DNA of 64,000 bases from a virus. Each line of letters begins with the position of its first letter. Positions within the stretch are counted from its first letter, which is position 1. The stretch is taken from IMG/VR virus record IMGVR_UViG_3300048577_000531, positions 1,459 to 65,458 of that record. One strand, written 5' to 3'. Shown one piece after another: positions 46,642-56,504 of this stretch. A program made the translations under genes and the position numbers. The notes below the pieces were generated by a model. That model did no database searches. It was not told the DNA's origin and saw nothing but the letters and a program-made list of their open reading frames with translations.

Positions 46642-46784
46642 TCTCGCGGGCCGGGCTTGATTCCGGCTCCCCAGGTCGTCGCGACCTCTGGCCTACCCTC
46701 ACAGGGCCGCTGCATCGGCTCATCGCGACATTCGCCGGTCAGCAAGACGCCCACAGGCGCGTGTCCTTCCACGCCGCCGCGAGA
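46642..46784 (-). ncRNA. tRNA-shaped non-coding element with 91-nt insert in place of the anticodon/variable arms
   Basis: 8-bp acceptor-like stem TCTCGCGG/CCGCGAGA; D-like arm GCGTG-GAAGGA-CACGC; T-like arm GCCGG-AATCAAGC-CCGGC abutting the acceptor stem. Confidence 0.6.
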
Positions 46785-47176
46785 ACTGAATTCGTGGGGA
46801 GGACCAGGACGCCGCCGGGCGATCCTCCCCTGAATGCGTGGCGCCACGGTCGCGCCGGTGACCGCCCTGCCGTGCCGCGCGATGGCGGAGCTGGCGTCCT
46901 TGCATGAGGATCGGCGCGCCGGATCGTCGCAAGCCGCGAGGCCGCTACCCTTGCTTGTCGCCCAGCTAAGAGGGGCGCGCGCCGAACTGTGAATTGATGC
47001 CGGGCAAGAGTGGCGAGCGTCCCCGCCCCTCCCCTTCATCGGCGTCCGGGTCCGCCGGCGTGAGATATCCGCTGACCGGGCGACTCTCACGCTCGCCGTT
47101 CCGATCAGCCCCGTGACGGCTTGCGCCGGCATGGGATCGTGCTTGCTGCACTCAGGGTTCGTTGTGCGGATTCGCA

Positions 47177-47467
47177 TCATGCGTCACCCGCTCGGCAGTC
47201 GAGATGCTTGATTTTGGCGTCGGAGGCCACCCATGCGCGTCGAAGCTCTTCGGTTTGAGCTTCGGAAAGACGGCCGCGCCACGTAAGGACATCAGCGGTC
47301 TTGCTCTCCCGCATTTTCTTGATGTCTTTCATCCGCATGCGCCCGCCGACCTCGCACCATCGAGCGATGTCCTCCCACCAGTGAGCGCGCTGGCGATCGG
47401 CCTTCGCGAGCGCAATCCATCGGTCGGCACGCCAGTTGGCGAAGCGGGCGACGAGATCAAGGATCAC
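47177..47467 (-). CDS. Hypothetical protein
   Basis: GTG start overlapping the upstream stop. Confidence 0.45.
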   Translation of the reverse strand: MILDLVARFANWRADRWIALAKADRQRAHWWEDIARWCEVGGRMRMKDIKKMRESKTADVLTWRGRLSEAQTEELRRAWVASDAKIKHLDCRAGDA

Positions 47468-47922
47468 CGGCGTGCCCTCCTGGCAAAGGGGAGATCGTCT
47501 TGCGCGGCGCGGCTCGCTTCGCGCTGGCGTTTGCGCTCTTCGTAGGCGCGCTCTTCCTGTTCGGCTCGGGCATCCTCGAAGCGGCGTTCGAGATCGCGCT
47601 GCCACACGGCACGCGTAGCCGGCGGAATGCGCTCCCACATCTCATCGAGCACCTTCGCGCCCAACATCGGATCGATGGCGAGCACCTTGAAAAAGTGCTG
47701 CATATCCATTTCGCGGGTGTCGGACTGCCAGTATTCGACGGTGCGCTTGCCGCAAGCGATCTCGTCGGACACATCCTCCGCCACCTTGCGGAGGAAGCGT
47801 TGCGCAATCCGCATGGCTGCGGCTGCGAAGAAATTGTTGCGCACGTTCGTGCGGAAAGCACCGCACGTATTTGCGGAATCGAATTTGAGTGTGGCTGCCG
47901 TCGCGGCGTATCGTTGCGTCAT
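47464..47922 (-). CDS. CII-like / HTH regulator
   Basis: KVAEDVSDEIACGKRTVEYW helix-turn-helix; downstream of cro. Confidence 0.55.
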   Translation of the reverse strand: MTQRYAATAATLKFDSANTCGAFRTNVRNNFFAAAAMRIAQRFLRKVAEDVSDEIACGKRTVEYWQSDTREMDMQHFFKVLAIDPMLGAKVLDEMWERIPPATRAVWQRDLERRFEDARAEQEERAYEERKRQREASRAAQDDLPFARRARR

Positions 47923-48018
47923 GCAGCGGCTCCCTGGTGCGTATCGCTAAGGCCGCCCCCTCCGGCGAATTGCCGGGGCGCCGCTGCAACCGAGTTCATC
48001 GAGACGAGAGACGACGCG

Positions 48019-48132
48019 ATGCCCGACCTGACCTTCATCCTCACCGGCGCCGACGCCTTCGACCTGGCGATGGTGATCGCGTGGGTGGTGGTGATGGTGA
48101 TGGGCGCGTCGGTCGTGACACGGGAGGCGTGA
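48019..48132 (+). CDS. 37-aa hydrophobic peptide, counter-oriented
   Basis: MPDLTFILTGADAFDLAMVIAWVVVMVMGASVVTREA; purine-rich upstream sequence. Confidence 0.4.
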   Translation: MPDLTFILTGADAFDLAMVIAWVVVMVMGASVVTREA

Positions 48133-48619
48133 ACCATGGGGACGACGACGATGAAGCCCCTTGTGCAGCCCTCGCCGGCTGGGATGGAATGGGTGTGGGC
48201 CGCCATCGGCTTTCGGTTGATGCGAGATGACCCGCGGCCGTTGCACACGGCAGCGGCCGGACGGCGGGGGTTAGGCCCCGCTGCATCAGCCGACGGGAGG
48301 CCTTGCCATGCGCTCACATGGCAGAGGGCCGAAGGACGTGCTGGTTCCGAGGTATCGACGCTGGGTCCGCGGCAAGCTGCAGGGAGTGTCACAAGCACTC
48401 CGGGCAGCGAACCACAGGCGGTCCCTGCGAAAGTCCCGGGATCAGCTGTCCTTTGCCTTCGAACGCCGGGGCTCATGATCCCGGCATGCCGATGGCGGCT
48501 CACCTCTGGATTTGCGCGAGCCGCCACAGCCCAACGTCGCATGCTCTGGAGGTCCGGCGCGACGACGGGGCTCACACCCCCGGCAGGACGGTGGCGGCTC
48601 ACCTGGTGGGAACGGGCCA

Positions 48620-48808
48620 TCATGACGTGCCCTCCCGTGCGTCTTGACGATCGAGGGCAGCCTCGATGATGTCGAGACAGCGCATCTGGTGCCGCAGATC
48701 GATCGCAATTTGGGTAATCGCAGCGCGTTGCGCGCGGATTTGCTCGCGCGCCCACGCGCGGGTGGATGCCTTACGGGCCAACTCCAAGGGAATGACGACG
48801 GCGCTCAT
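48620..48808 (-). CDS. Small coiled-coil hypothetical protein
   Basis: RBS GGAGG before ATG. Confidence 0.5.
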   Translation of the reverse strand: MSAVVIPLELARKASTRAWAREQIRAQRAAITQIAIDLRHQMRCLDIIEAALDRQDAREGTS

Positions 48809-49440
48809 GAGCACCTCCCGCGGAGGTGCGGCGCCCCGAAGGCACGGGAGGCGTGACATGCACGCCCGGAATCCCGCATCATCGATCTGTCGAAAGGACC
48901 GACGGCATGGAGATCGAGTTCAAAATCTCGATCATCCTGTCCGACCGGGCCCGCGAAGCGCACAAGGTTCGCGCCGCACAGCAGGTGTTGTTGATGATGG
49001 CGGCGGAGATCGTGCGCGCGAGCGCGAGCTGGGATGGACGGGTAAAGGACGCCGACCCGAAGGCCTGAGGCCGCGAATTTTTCGCCGGCTGGCCCGACGT
49101 CACCGGCTGGCCCTCGACACAACCCAGGATTATGGAAGGCCGGATAGGGCTGTTTTCGCCACTTTAATGTGTGGATGGCGGCCGGCGTTGATGGACCATA
49201 AACCGACGCCAGGGTACGAGAGCGGCCCGGATATAGATCAACAGCAACCGGATGTTTTATGCCGCAGCGGCACGCGACCACGCCGGAACGTGGCGCACAA
49301 ATACCTGAAATTACCGTTAAGTTGCAGATGGTTACGCCCGCTTTCCGCTTGCGGCTCACAGCCGCGCGTGAAGGCGATACCGGCAAAGTTCCATGGGGGT
49401 AGCATTCCGCACGGAGTTTCAACGTGCGGGAGTGTTGGGA

Positions 49441-49857
49441 ATGCCGAATCTTGCCGATTGCCCCAATGCGCCGTTGGCGCAACGAGGGCGGCCGCCGCAG
49501 TACTTCGTCACCGAGCTGGCGGCCTTCAATATGACCAAGGAGATCGTCGCGCTTCGCTTCAACGGATGCGAGGCGTCGGAGCCGGCGCTCGATATGGTCG
49601 CGCCGCACTCCTCTTTCCGAAAAATGCGCGCGAAGATCGCTCTGTTGATGAACGAGAACAATGTTACGGCGCTGGTCGCAGCGCCGGTTGTCGACATCCT
49701 GGCAAGCGAAGCCCTGCCCATCGTGCGGCGGGCCGGCATGGTGTGTCTCGCCTTCCGGCGCGGCGACCAGATCACAACGGTCGCTCTCTCCCCATCCGCT
49801 TTCGAGGACTTGTCGCGGCAGATCGTTGCAGGCCCGCCACCCAGCCTCTTGAGCTGA
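49441..49857 (+). CDS. Hypothetical protein convergent with cro
   Basis: 138 aa ORF with GGGA before the ATG; ends 6 bp from the cro stop. Confidence 0.5.
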   Translation: MPNLADCPNAPLAQRGRPPQYFVTELAAFNMTKEIVALRFNGCEASEPALDMVAPHSSFRKMRAKIALLMNENNVTALVAAPVVDILASEALPIVRRAGMVCLAFRRGDQITTVALSPSAFEDLSRQIVAGPPPSLLS

Positions 49858-49862
49858 TCGCA

Positions 49863-50123
49863 TCATCCGACCTGCTCCGGGGTGAGATTTGCTTTTTCCG
49901 GTCGCGGAATGTCTGCCGGCCACGGCGCGTCCTTCGGCCAGTGGTCGGAGAACCACGTGATCGCCTCTTCAAGGCGCCTCACGCCAATGTCGCGGCCCGC
50001 CCGAAGCTCCCGAAGGCGCTTACCGTCCTTCATCACCCGAGTTGAGATGGTCGCCTCAGCAAGGCCCGTCGCCTTGCGGTAAGCGTCCACGAGAGAGAGG
50101 AAATGGTCGAGGCGAATCACCAT
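49863..50123 (-). CDS. cro: Cro-like repressor
   Basis: LVDAYRKATGLAEATISTRVMKDGKRLRELRAG...WFSDHWP; divergent from cI. Confidence 0.85.
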   Translation of the reverse strand: MVIRLDHFLSLVDAYRKATGLAEATISTRVMKDGKRLRELRAGRDIGVRRLEEAITWFSDHWPKDAPWPADIPRPEKANLTPEQVG

Positions 50124-50139
50124 GGCGGCGACGAATATG

Positions 50140-50177
50140 CGGTACATGTACCGTTTTCGTCAACGGTGCATGTACCG
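50140..50177. promoter_or_regulatory. Operator pair between cro and cI
   Basis: CGGTACATGTACCG (50140-50153, perfect palindrome) and CGGTGCATGTACCG (50164-50177); minus-strand TTGACG at 50163-50158. Confidence 0.85.
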
Positions 50178-50213
50178 CTAGCCTGGGGATTGTTGCGCGG
50201 TGAATATCCCGCA

Positions 50214-50915
50214 ATGCCCACAGCATCAAACCGCACGATTTTGGCGCGAATTCACGAAGCCCTTGAAAGGAAAGGGATGTCGGCCCGCGCCGCCTCTCTC
50301 AAGGCGGGTTTAGGGGCGGATGCCATCCGCAACTTGGAGCGCGACGAGGCAATTTTACCGCGCATCGACACCCTGGAGCGGCTTGCGCCTGTTCTCGGCT
50401 ATGACCCTGCCGTTCTGGCCTGGGGAGCCGCCCGCAATACCCGGCGCAAGGCAAACGCCCCGAAATCCGTTGCCGTTATTGGCGAAGTTGCCGCCGGCCT
50501 GTGGCATGACACCGAGGGAAGAGACGAGCGCGAATACCCCCAGCATCCAATTTCCTTCGACGAGCGGTACCCGCCAGAAGCTCAATACGGGCTCGTGGTG
50601 ACGGGAACCTCCATCAACCGAGTGGCCGCTCCAGGCGAAATCCTTCACTGCGTCGACGTCGCGATTGCTGGGCTAAGTCCGAGCGAGGACGATTTGGTGA
50701 TTATCGAGCGGCGCCGAGCGCAAGCCGGCCAAAAGGAGGTCACCGCAAAGCGGTTTCACCGCGGCCGAAACGGCAAGATCGAGCTGCGCCCGGATTCGAC
50801 CGACAAGCGATGGTCCGAGCCTGTGGTTTTCGATCCGCGCCAGGCGCCCGACGGCGAAGAAGTTGCGGTAATCGCCCTCGTGATCGGCATATATAAGCCC
50901 CTGACTCGACCCTAA
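50214..50915 (+). CDS. cI: CI-type repressor, HTH plus S24 peptidase
   Basis: HTH_XRE N-terminus; GEVAAG cleavage site, TGTSI (Ser), VTAKR (Lys). Confidence 0.93.
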   Translation: MPTASNRTILARIHEALERKGMSARAASLKAGLGADAIRNLERDEAILPRIDTLERLAPVLGYDPAVLAWGAARNTRRKANAPKSVAVIGEVAAGLWHDTEGRDEREYPQHPISFDERYPPEAQYGLVVTGTSINRVAAPGEILHCVDVAIAGLSPSEDDLVIIERRRAQAGQKEVTAKRFHRGRNGKIELRPDSTDKRWSEPVVFDPRQAPDGEEVAVIALVIGIYKPLTRP

Positions 50916-50987
50916 GTAAATGCCTTTCCCGTTGATTTCTCGCATAGATTGCAGGAAGCTGTTTGGCGGGCTGGAGGGAAATGTGTC

Positions 50988-51374
50988 ATGCGTACCATCA
51001 TGGTGGCGGCGCTCGGGATAGCATTGGCGGCTTGCGCCGGCCGCGATCCGCAGCCGATCGCAACGGTCCAGATGACGGACCAGACAGCGACCTGCACGCA
51101 AATTCAGGCTGAAATTCTGGCAAACAATGAACGGGTTAAGGGGTTGGCCGACGAGCAAGGGCTTAAGGTCGCCCAGAACGTTGCCGCCGGCGCCGCTGGC
51201 CTGTTCATCTGGCCCATCTGGTTCGCCATGGATTTCAAGGACGCTGCAGGCAAAGACGTTTCGGCGCTACAGGCCCGTCAGCAGTACCTGACAATGCTGG
51301 CGACGGAGCGCTGCGCCCCGCCTCCGGCGCCATCTGCGCCCGCCCCCGCCGCGAGACGCGCGCCGTCCCGATAG
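50988..51374 (+). CDS. Lipoprotein downstream of cI
   Basis: Lipobox IALAAC; internal hydrophobic helix. Confidence 0.8.
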   Translation: MRTIMVAALGIALAACAGRDPQPIATVQMTDQTATCTQIQAEILANNERVKGLADEQGLKVAQNVAAGAAGLFIWPIWFAMDFKDAAGKDVSALQARQQYLTMLATERCAPPPAPSAPAPAARRAPSR

Positions 51375-51427
51375 CGACTTCACCTTTCCCCTTACCCGGG
51401 GTCAAACGATGCCGCATGATCCACATG

Positions 51428-51477
51428 CGGTACATATACCGTTTTCCTCTTGACACGGTATATGTACCGCATAGAAT
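51428..51477 (+). promoter_or_regulatory. Early promoter with operator pair
   Basis: TTGACA (51450)-N16-TAGAAT (51472); operators CGGTACATATACCG (51428-51441) and CGGTATATGTACCG (51456-51469). Confidence 0.85.
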
Positions 51478-51498
51478 GCTTCACGTGAAACACACCAC

Positions 51499-54400
51499 GT
51501 GGAGCCGCAGATGCCCGCCACCATCACCAGCCTCACCCACACCGCCCGCATCGCTTTGGCGATCCATGGAGCGCTTCAAGCCTCCGGGCGGATGAAGCGT
51601 ATCGCGCTCGAGCAACGGCTCGCCGACATGCTGGGCACCTCCTTCACCGATCAGGACTTCGAGGCCGGCGTCGCGGCGCTGGGGCGGAAAGTCATTCGGG
51701 TGCGTGGGCAGGGCGGGTTTTTCGCGCTGTCGTGAGGCGACCTGAAATCGACACACCGAACACTCGGGGAGTGGGGAAGATGGGGATCAACTCAGCACAG
51801 GATCACGGTTTTCAAATGGAGCCGTTCGGGCTCGATGTCGCCATCGGCGACACTTTCCGCCAGTGTTGTGCGCTTGGCATTTCTGAGTACGAGGTTTGGC
51901 GCCGGCACCGCGATGTCGGCTATTTCGAGTGTGTGTTCCGTCGATGGGTGACCGACGTGCCCGATTTTCGGCAGGGCTTCGTCAACTCTATCCGGGTCTT
52001 CTCGCGCGCACAGATCATTGATGCGATGAGGGCCGCATAATGCCCTCCCCTACCCGCACCATCGCCCGTTCCGCCTGTCGGTTGATCCGCACGGCTCACC
52101 GCCTCGGGGGCGTCGCCGCCGAGCTTCGCGCCGCCGGCTACATGACCGATGCAGAGACGATCCGGCTCAAAGCTACCGACCTTGCCGCCATCGGACGGAA
52201 GATCAACGGCCGGGCTTCCCTTGAAGCCCAGATGGCTTTGATCGCCCAGGCGATCGCCGGGCATGACCGGAGGGCACAGGCATGACGCCCGCCACCCACA
52301 TCGTCGACGTCCGGGACGCAGGCCCCAGCCCGTTCATCGCCACCACAGCCGAGCAGGCTATCGCGATGATCGAACAGGCCACGGAAGTGATCGTGTGGGC
52401 GCGCGATCCCAAGGGCCGCCCGATCGGTTTTCGCATCGACAAGGACGAGGCCGCCTCGACCATCCGGCTCACGACCGGTTACCTCGCGCTCGGCTTTCCC
52501 AAGGTCGAGGCGGCCTCCGTTGACGGCCACACTGTCTGGATCGGGTGACGCCATGCTCGCACGCACGCCACAAACCCAGCCGAACGAGGAATACCGCATC
52601 TCCGGATCGGTCATCCGCAACGGCGTTAAGGCCAAGTTCAAGGCGACCTGGCTCGGCGACACCGTCGGCAATTTCGTGGTCGAGATCACCGATCACTTTG
52701 GCGAGCGCACCACCTGCGAGTTCGTCTCCGAAGCGGAGGTGTGGGCGCAGATCGGGATCGGCGTCGCCGTGGCGACGGACGAGGCCCGGCAGGTGATGAA
52801 ACAGACAACGGAGTATGGCACGTGAGCAAGCTTCAAGGCGATCCCGGCTATCGCGCTGGCTGGTGCATTCACTATCGGCCGCCGACTGGATTTGGTCCGG
52901 GCGGAAAAGGCCACGACGATTGCGAAGCAGGCGTCCGCTACGACACCTTTGCCCAGCCTCGGATAAGAACGCAACCCTGCTTTCTGACCGACAAGGGCGA
53001 GAGCAAGCCCGACGCCCTGCCGTGCGAGAAGCTGCGCCGACCGACGCCGGAAGAAATTGCAGCCCATGAAAAGTGGAGTGAGGATCGCATGGGCGCGTTT
53101 GGCAAGGTCATGACAACCATCCTGCCATGGCGCAAGGCCAACAAGGGCAAGAACGCCAGGACGACGATGGACTGTCCCGCCTGCGGCGCCGCGCAATCTC
53201 TTCACCTTTCGATTTCCGCTTTCAACGGACACGTGCACGGCCGATGCGACACTGCCGGCTGCGTTACATGGATGGAGTAGGCGACGTCATGGACAAACTC
53301 AGCCGACCTCGCCGCGAACTTCTACAAGCTCTTGTGAAAGCCGGTGGCTCCCTCAAGGCCCGGCAATTGACCGTTCCGGCTCGCGGACTGGCGACGCGAA
53401 TGCAGAGCGACGGTTTGGTGCAATGGGAGAAACCAACACTCGACGAGTGCCTCGCGGGCCTTGGCCAGTCGCTTCACATCACCGACGCCGGCAGAATCAT
53501 CTTGATTTCGGAGTAACCGCGTCATGAGCTACATCACCGCCCGCCTCGCCGGCATCCACACCAAACCGCCCGCGTCCGCCCCGATCACCGAGGCCGTCTA
53601 CAGGACCGGCGAGGAGATGGCCGCCGACCTCAACGATGCCCAGCGTTATGGGCTGCTGGTGGTGCGGGGCGGCGAAGCAGCCGGCAAGCTCCGCGCCGTC
53701 ATGGACGCGATGGGATGGCCGGCGCCGGGCGACGCCGACTGGCACGGTCTGCGCCGCCTCGGCCTGGTGCAGCGCCGCCGCGACAGTCTCTATCACGACC
53801 TCTTGCCCAAGGGCCTGACTGCAGCGACAGCGATCACACGGGACCTTTGCCGCAAGTTCAACGTCCACGTCCTCTACGTCCAGGAGCGCAAGCCGGGTGT
53901 CGCCCGCAACGGCCATTGCTCGTGTGGACTGATGCGGCATACCGAAATTCACGGGACCGACGGCAGGGTCGAGGCCAAGTTCTCGCACCACGTCGCCCAG
54001 ATGCGCCGCGACCCGGGTGGCTACGAATCCGAGCGGCGCCAGCAAGCCATCATCGACAGCGTCGCCGAGATGGGCGCCGAGGCGTGGCACCAGTTCCAGG
54101 AGCGTCGCCATGCTTGACCGCTTCCCCGACTCCGCCCTCGTCCCCGCTACTCTTCTCGCCGCCATCCTCGCCATGGGCGCGATGATGGTCCCGAGCGCGA
54201 ACAAGGTGATCGCCTACATGACTTCCCCGGCCGGCATCGAACCCCACTCCATGCCGGCACCCCGGGCCGGCGTCGCGTTCCCCAGCGCGACGCCGGTCTC
54301 GATCACAGAGGCGAGGTGAAGCGATGGCGATCAGCAGATCGAGGAGCCGCACCGCGTTGTCGGTGTTGTCGGAGCGCGCGGAAATCGAAGTTCTGATCGA

Positions 54401-55204
54401 GGCACACCGGACGGCGATGTATCGCGCCGCCGAAAACGAAGAATACCAGGATGCAGCCGCCCACCAAGCTCGCATCGAAGAATTGAGCGATATCGCCAAG
54501 ACGCCGCTTCCTGGACCTGACGAGGATGCCGCCCATGCTGAACCCTGATTCCAAATCCATCCCCCTCGCCACCATGAGCGAAGTGCAGGAGAAGACGGCG
54601 GATCAATTCATTCGCGCTACGGCGGTCGGCACCAACCTGCGCGCCTTTGCGAAGATTGCGGACCAGCGCGGAAACGTCACCGAGGCTGCACGTTATAGAA
54701 CTGTGGCCAGGATCATCGATCGCCAGCGCTATCTACTCACCCGCCTCTCCCACTTCATGCGCCGCTGCAATCCCAACAGGCTCAAGCCTGGAGAGGAACA
54801 AGTCTCCGACGGCGAATGGAACGCAATGGAGGCGGAGGTGAACGCGGCGATCGGCGGGGCGCCGAACCGCACGGAGATGGACCATGGCTGACCCCGCAAC
54901 CGCCCTCGCGTTTCAGATCCCGTCGCTCCCCTTCTCGATCGCCGCTGCGAGGATCGAGCAGCGTCTCGCGATCGAAACGACCGCCCGCAAGATCGATCGC
55001 GGCGCCCTCCATCTGGTCGACGACGACGATAACCCGCTCCACTCACTTTCATCCTCGCTGATGTACGGCAGCCCTCCCGATGCCGGTGACGGCGACGTCT
55101 ACAGCCTTCGAGTTCCATGCTGCCCGGCACGTCCGGAAGGACTGACATGTGAGCCGATGGATACGAAGCCGGTGTGTCGCTGGTGCGGGGCGAGGTGGGT
55201 CTAG
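51499..55204 (+). other. Run of about 12 small co-oriented early-gene ORFs of unknown function
   Basis: Tightly coupled ORFs, e.g. 51499-51735, 52040-52285, 52282-52548, 52822-53280 (Cys-rich), 53524-54117, 54324-54548 (UVR-like), 54884-55204. Confidence 0.7.
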
Positions 55205-56504
55205 GTGGCCGCCTATTACAACGAGATCGATCCCTATGCAGCGCAATGGCTTCGCAACCTCATCAGCGCCGGACACATCGCCCCTGGTGACGTCGACGAG
55301 CGGAGCATCGTCGACGTCCGAGCCGACGACCTCAAGCCCTACACCCAATGCCATTTCTTCGCCGGCATCGGCGGATGGAGCCTCGCCCTACGTCTCGCCG
55401 GATGGCCTGACGACCGACCTGTTTGGACAGGCTCTTGCCCCTGCCAACCGTTCTCAGCCGCCGGAAAAGGCAAGGCGGCCGATGACGAACGCCACCTGTG
55501 GCCTGCGTGGTTTCCTCTCATCCGCGAGCGGCGCCCTGCAATCGTTTTTGGAGAGCAGGTTGAGGCGGCGGTTGGATGGGGCTGGCTCGATCTTGTTTTC
55601 GCTGACCTGGAAAGCGAGGGCTACGCCTGCGGGGCGGCCGTATTGCCAGCTTGCAGCGTCGGCGCGCCGCACATCCGACAGCGATTGTGGTGGGTGGCCG
55701 ACGCCGACACGAGACGAGGCAGGCGGGACGCCGGAACAGTTCTTGGCGCGCAAGGCGAAGCTGGACGGCGCGTGCGGGGTGACGTTGACGGCGCTCAATC
55801 TGGTGGTGCAACTCGCGACTTGGCCGACGCCCCAGGTGAGCGACGGGACGGGAGCGAACTCGCCGGAGCGTCTGCAAGAGCGGCGGGAGAACGCACCGAA
55901 GCGAGCGAGCGGCGGACCTCCGGGATTTGCGAACCTTCGGGATGCAACCCAACTGGCAACATGGCCGACACCCCGATTTTCGGACGCAGACAAGAACGTG
56001 AGGACGCCGGCCGGCGCGGCGAAGGAACTGGAACGCAAGCCACACGGGGCGGACCTGGTGACGGTTGCGCTGGCGGTTGGATGGGCGACGCCGCAAGCGC
56101 GGGACCACTTCCCAGCGCACACGGACGAGTACCTGGAGAGGAAGAGGAAGCAGCACAACAATGCTGGCGGGATGGGCGGCGACTTGCCGGACCAAGCGGC
56201 GCGGATAGCGCCTTGGGCGACTCCGACACATCGCGACTATCGCCACGCAAACGCGGAATCATACGAGAAGAGAGGGGGGGGCATGAAGGGCGAGCAGTTG
56301 AACAACCAGGTCATTCACCATGGTCCGACCTCGAATGGCTCCCCTGCAGCGACGGAAAAGCGCGGCCAACTAAACCCGGCCTTTTCCCTCTGGCTCATGG
56401 GATACCCGGACGCGTGGGAAAGCTACGCGCCGCAGGCAATGCGATCGTCCCGCAGGTCGCGGCCGAGTTCATTGCCGCCGTCATCGGAGATGATCAACCC
56501 ATAA
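55149..56504 (+). CDS. Overlapping +1-frame partner of the C5 MTase (WPTP repeats, motif-IX-like end); start uncertain
   Basis: 451-codon same-strand open frame; five W(P/A)TP...D repeats; GQLNPAFSLWLMGYPDAW. Confidence 0.7.
   Translation: MSRWIRSRCVAGAGRGGSRWPPITTRSIPMQRNGFATSSAPDTSPLVTSTSGASSTSEPTTSSPTPNAISSPASADGASPYVSPDGLTTDLFGQALAPANRSQPPEKARRPMTNATCGLRGFLSSASGALQSFLESRLRRRLDGAGSILFSLTWKARATPAGRPYCQLAASARRTSDSDCGGWPTPTRDEAGGTPEQFLARKAKLDGACGVTLTALNLVVQLATWPTPQVSDGTGANSPERLQERRENAPKRASGGPPGFANLRDATQLATWPTPRFSDADKNVRTPAGAAKELERKPHGADLVTVALAVGWATPQARDHFPAHTDEYLERKRKQHNNAGGMGGDLPDQAARIAPWATPTHRDYRHANAESYEKRGGGMKGEQLNNQVIHHGPTSNGSPAATEKRGQLNPAFSLWLMGYPDAWESYAPQAMRSSRRSRPSSLPPSSEMINP

Noticed and set aside
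46642-46784. Intron-containing tRNA or tmRNA
   Set aside because: The 91-nt insert is too short for a group I intron, no anticodon arm can be rebuilt, and there is no tag frame or CCA; kept only as tRNA-like.
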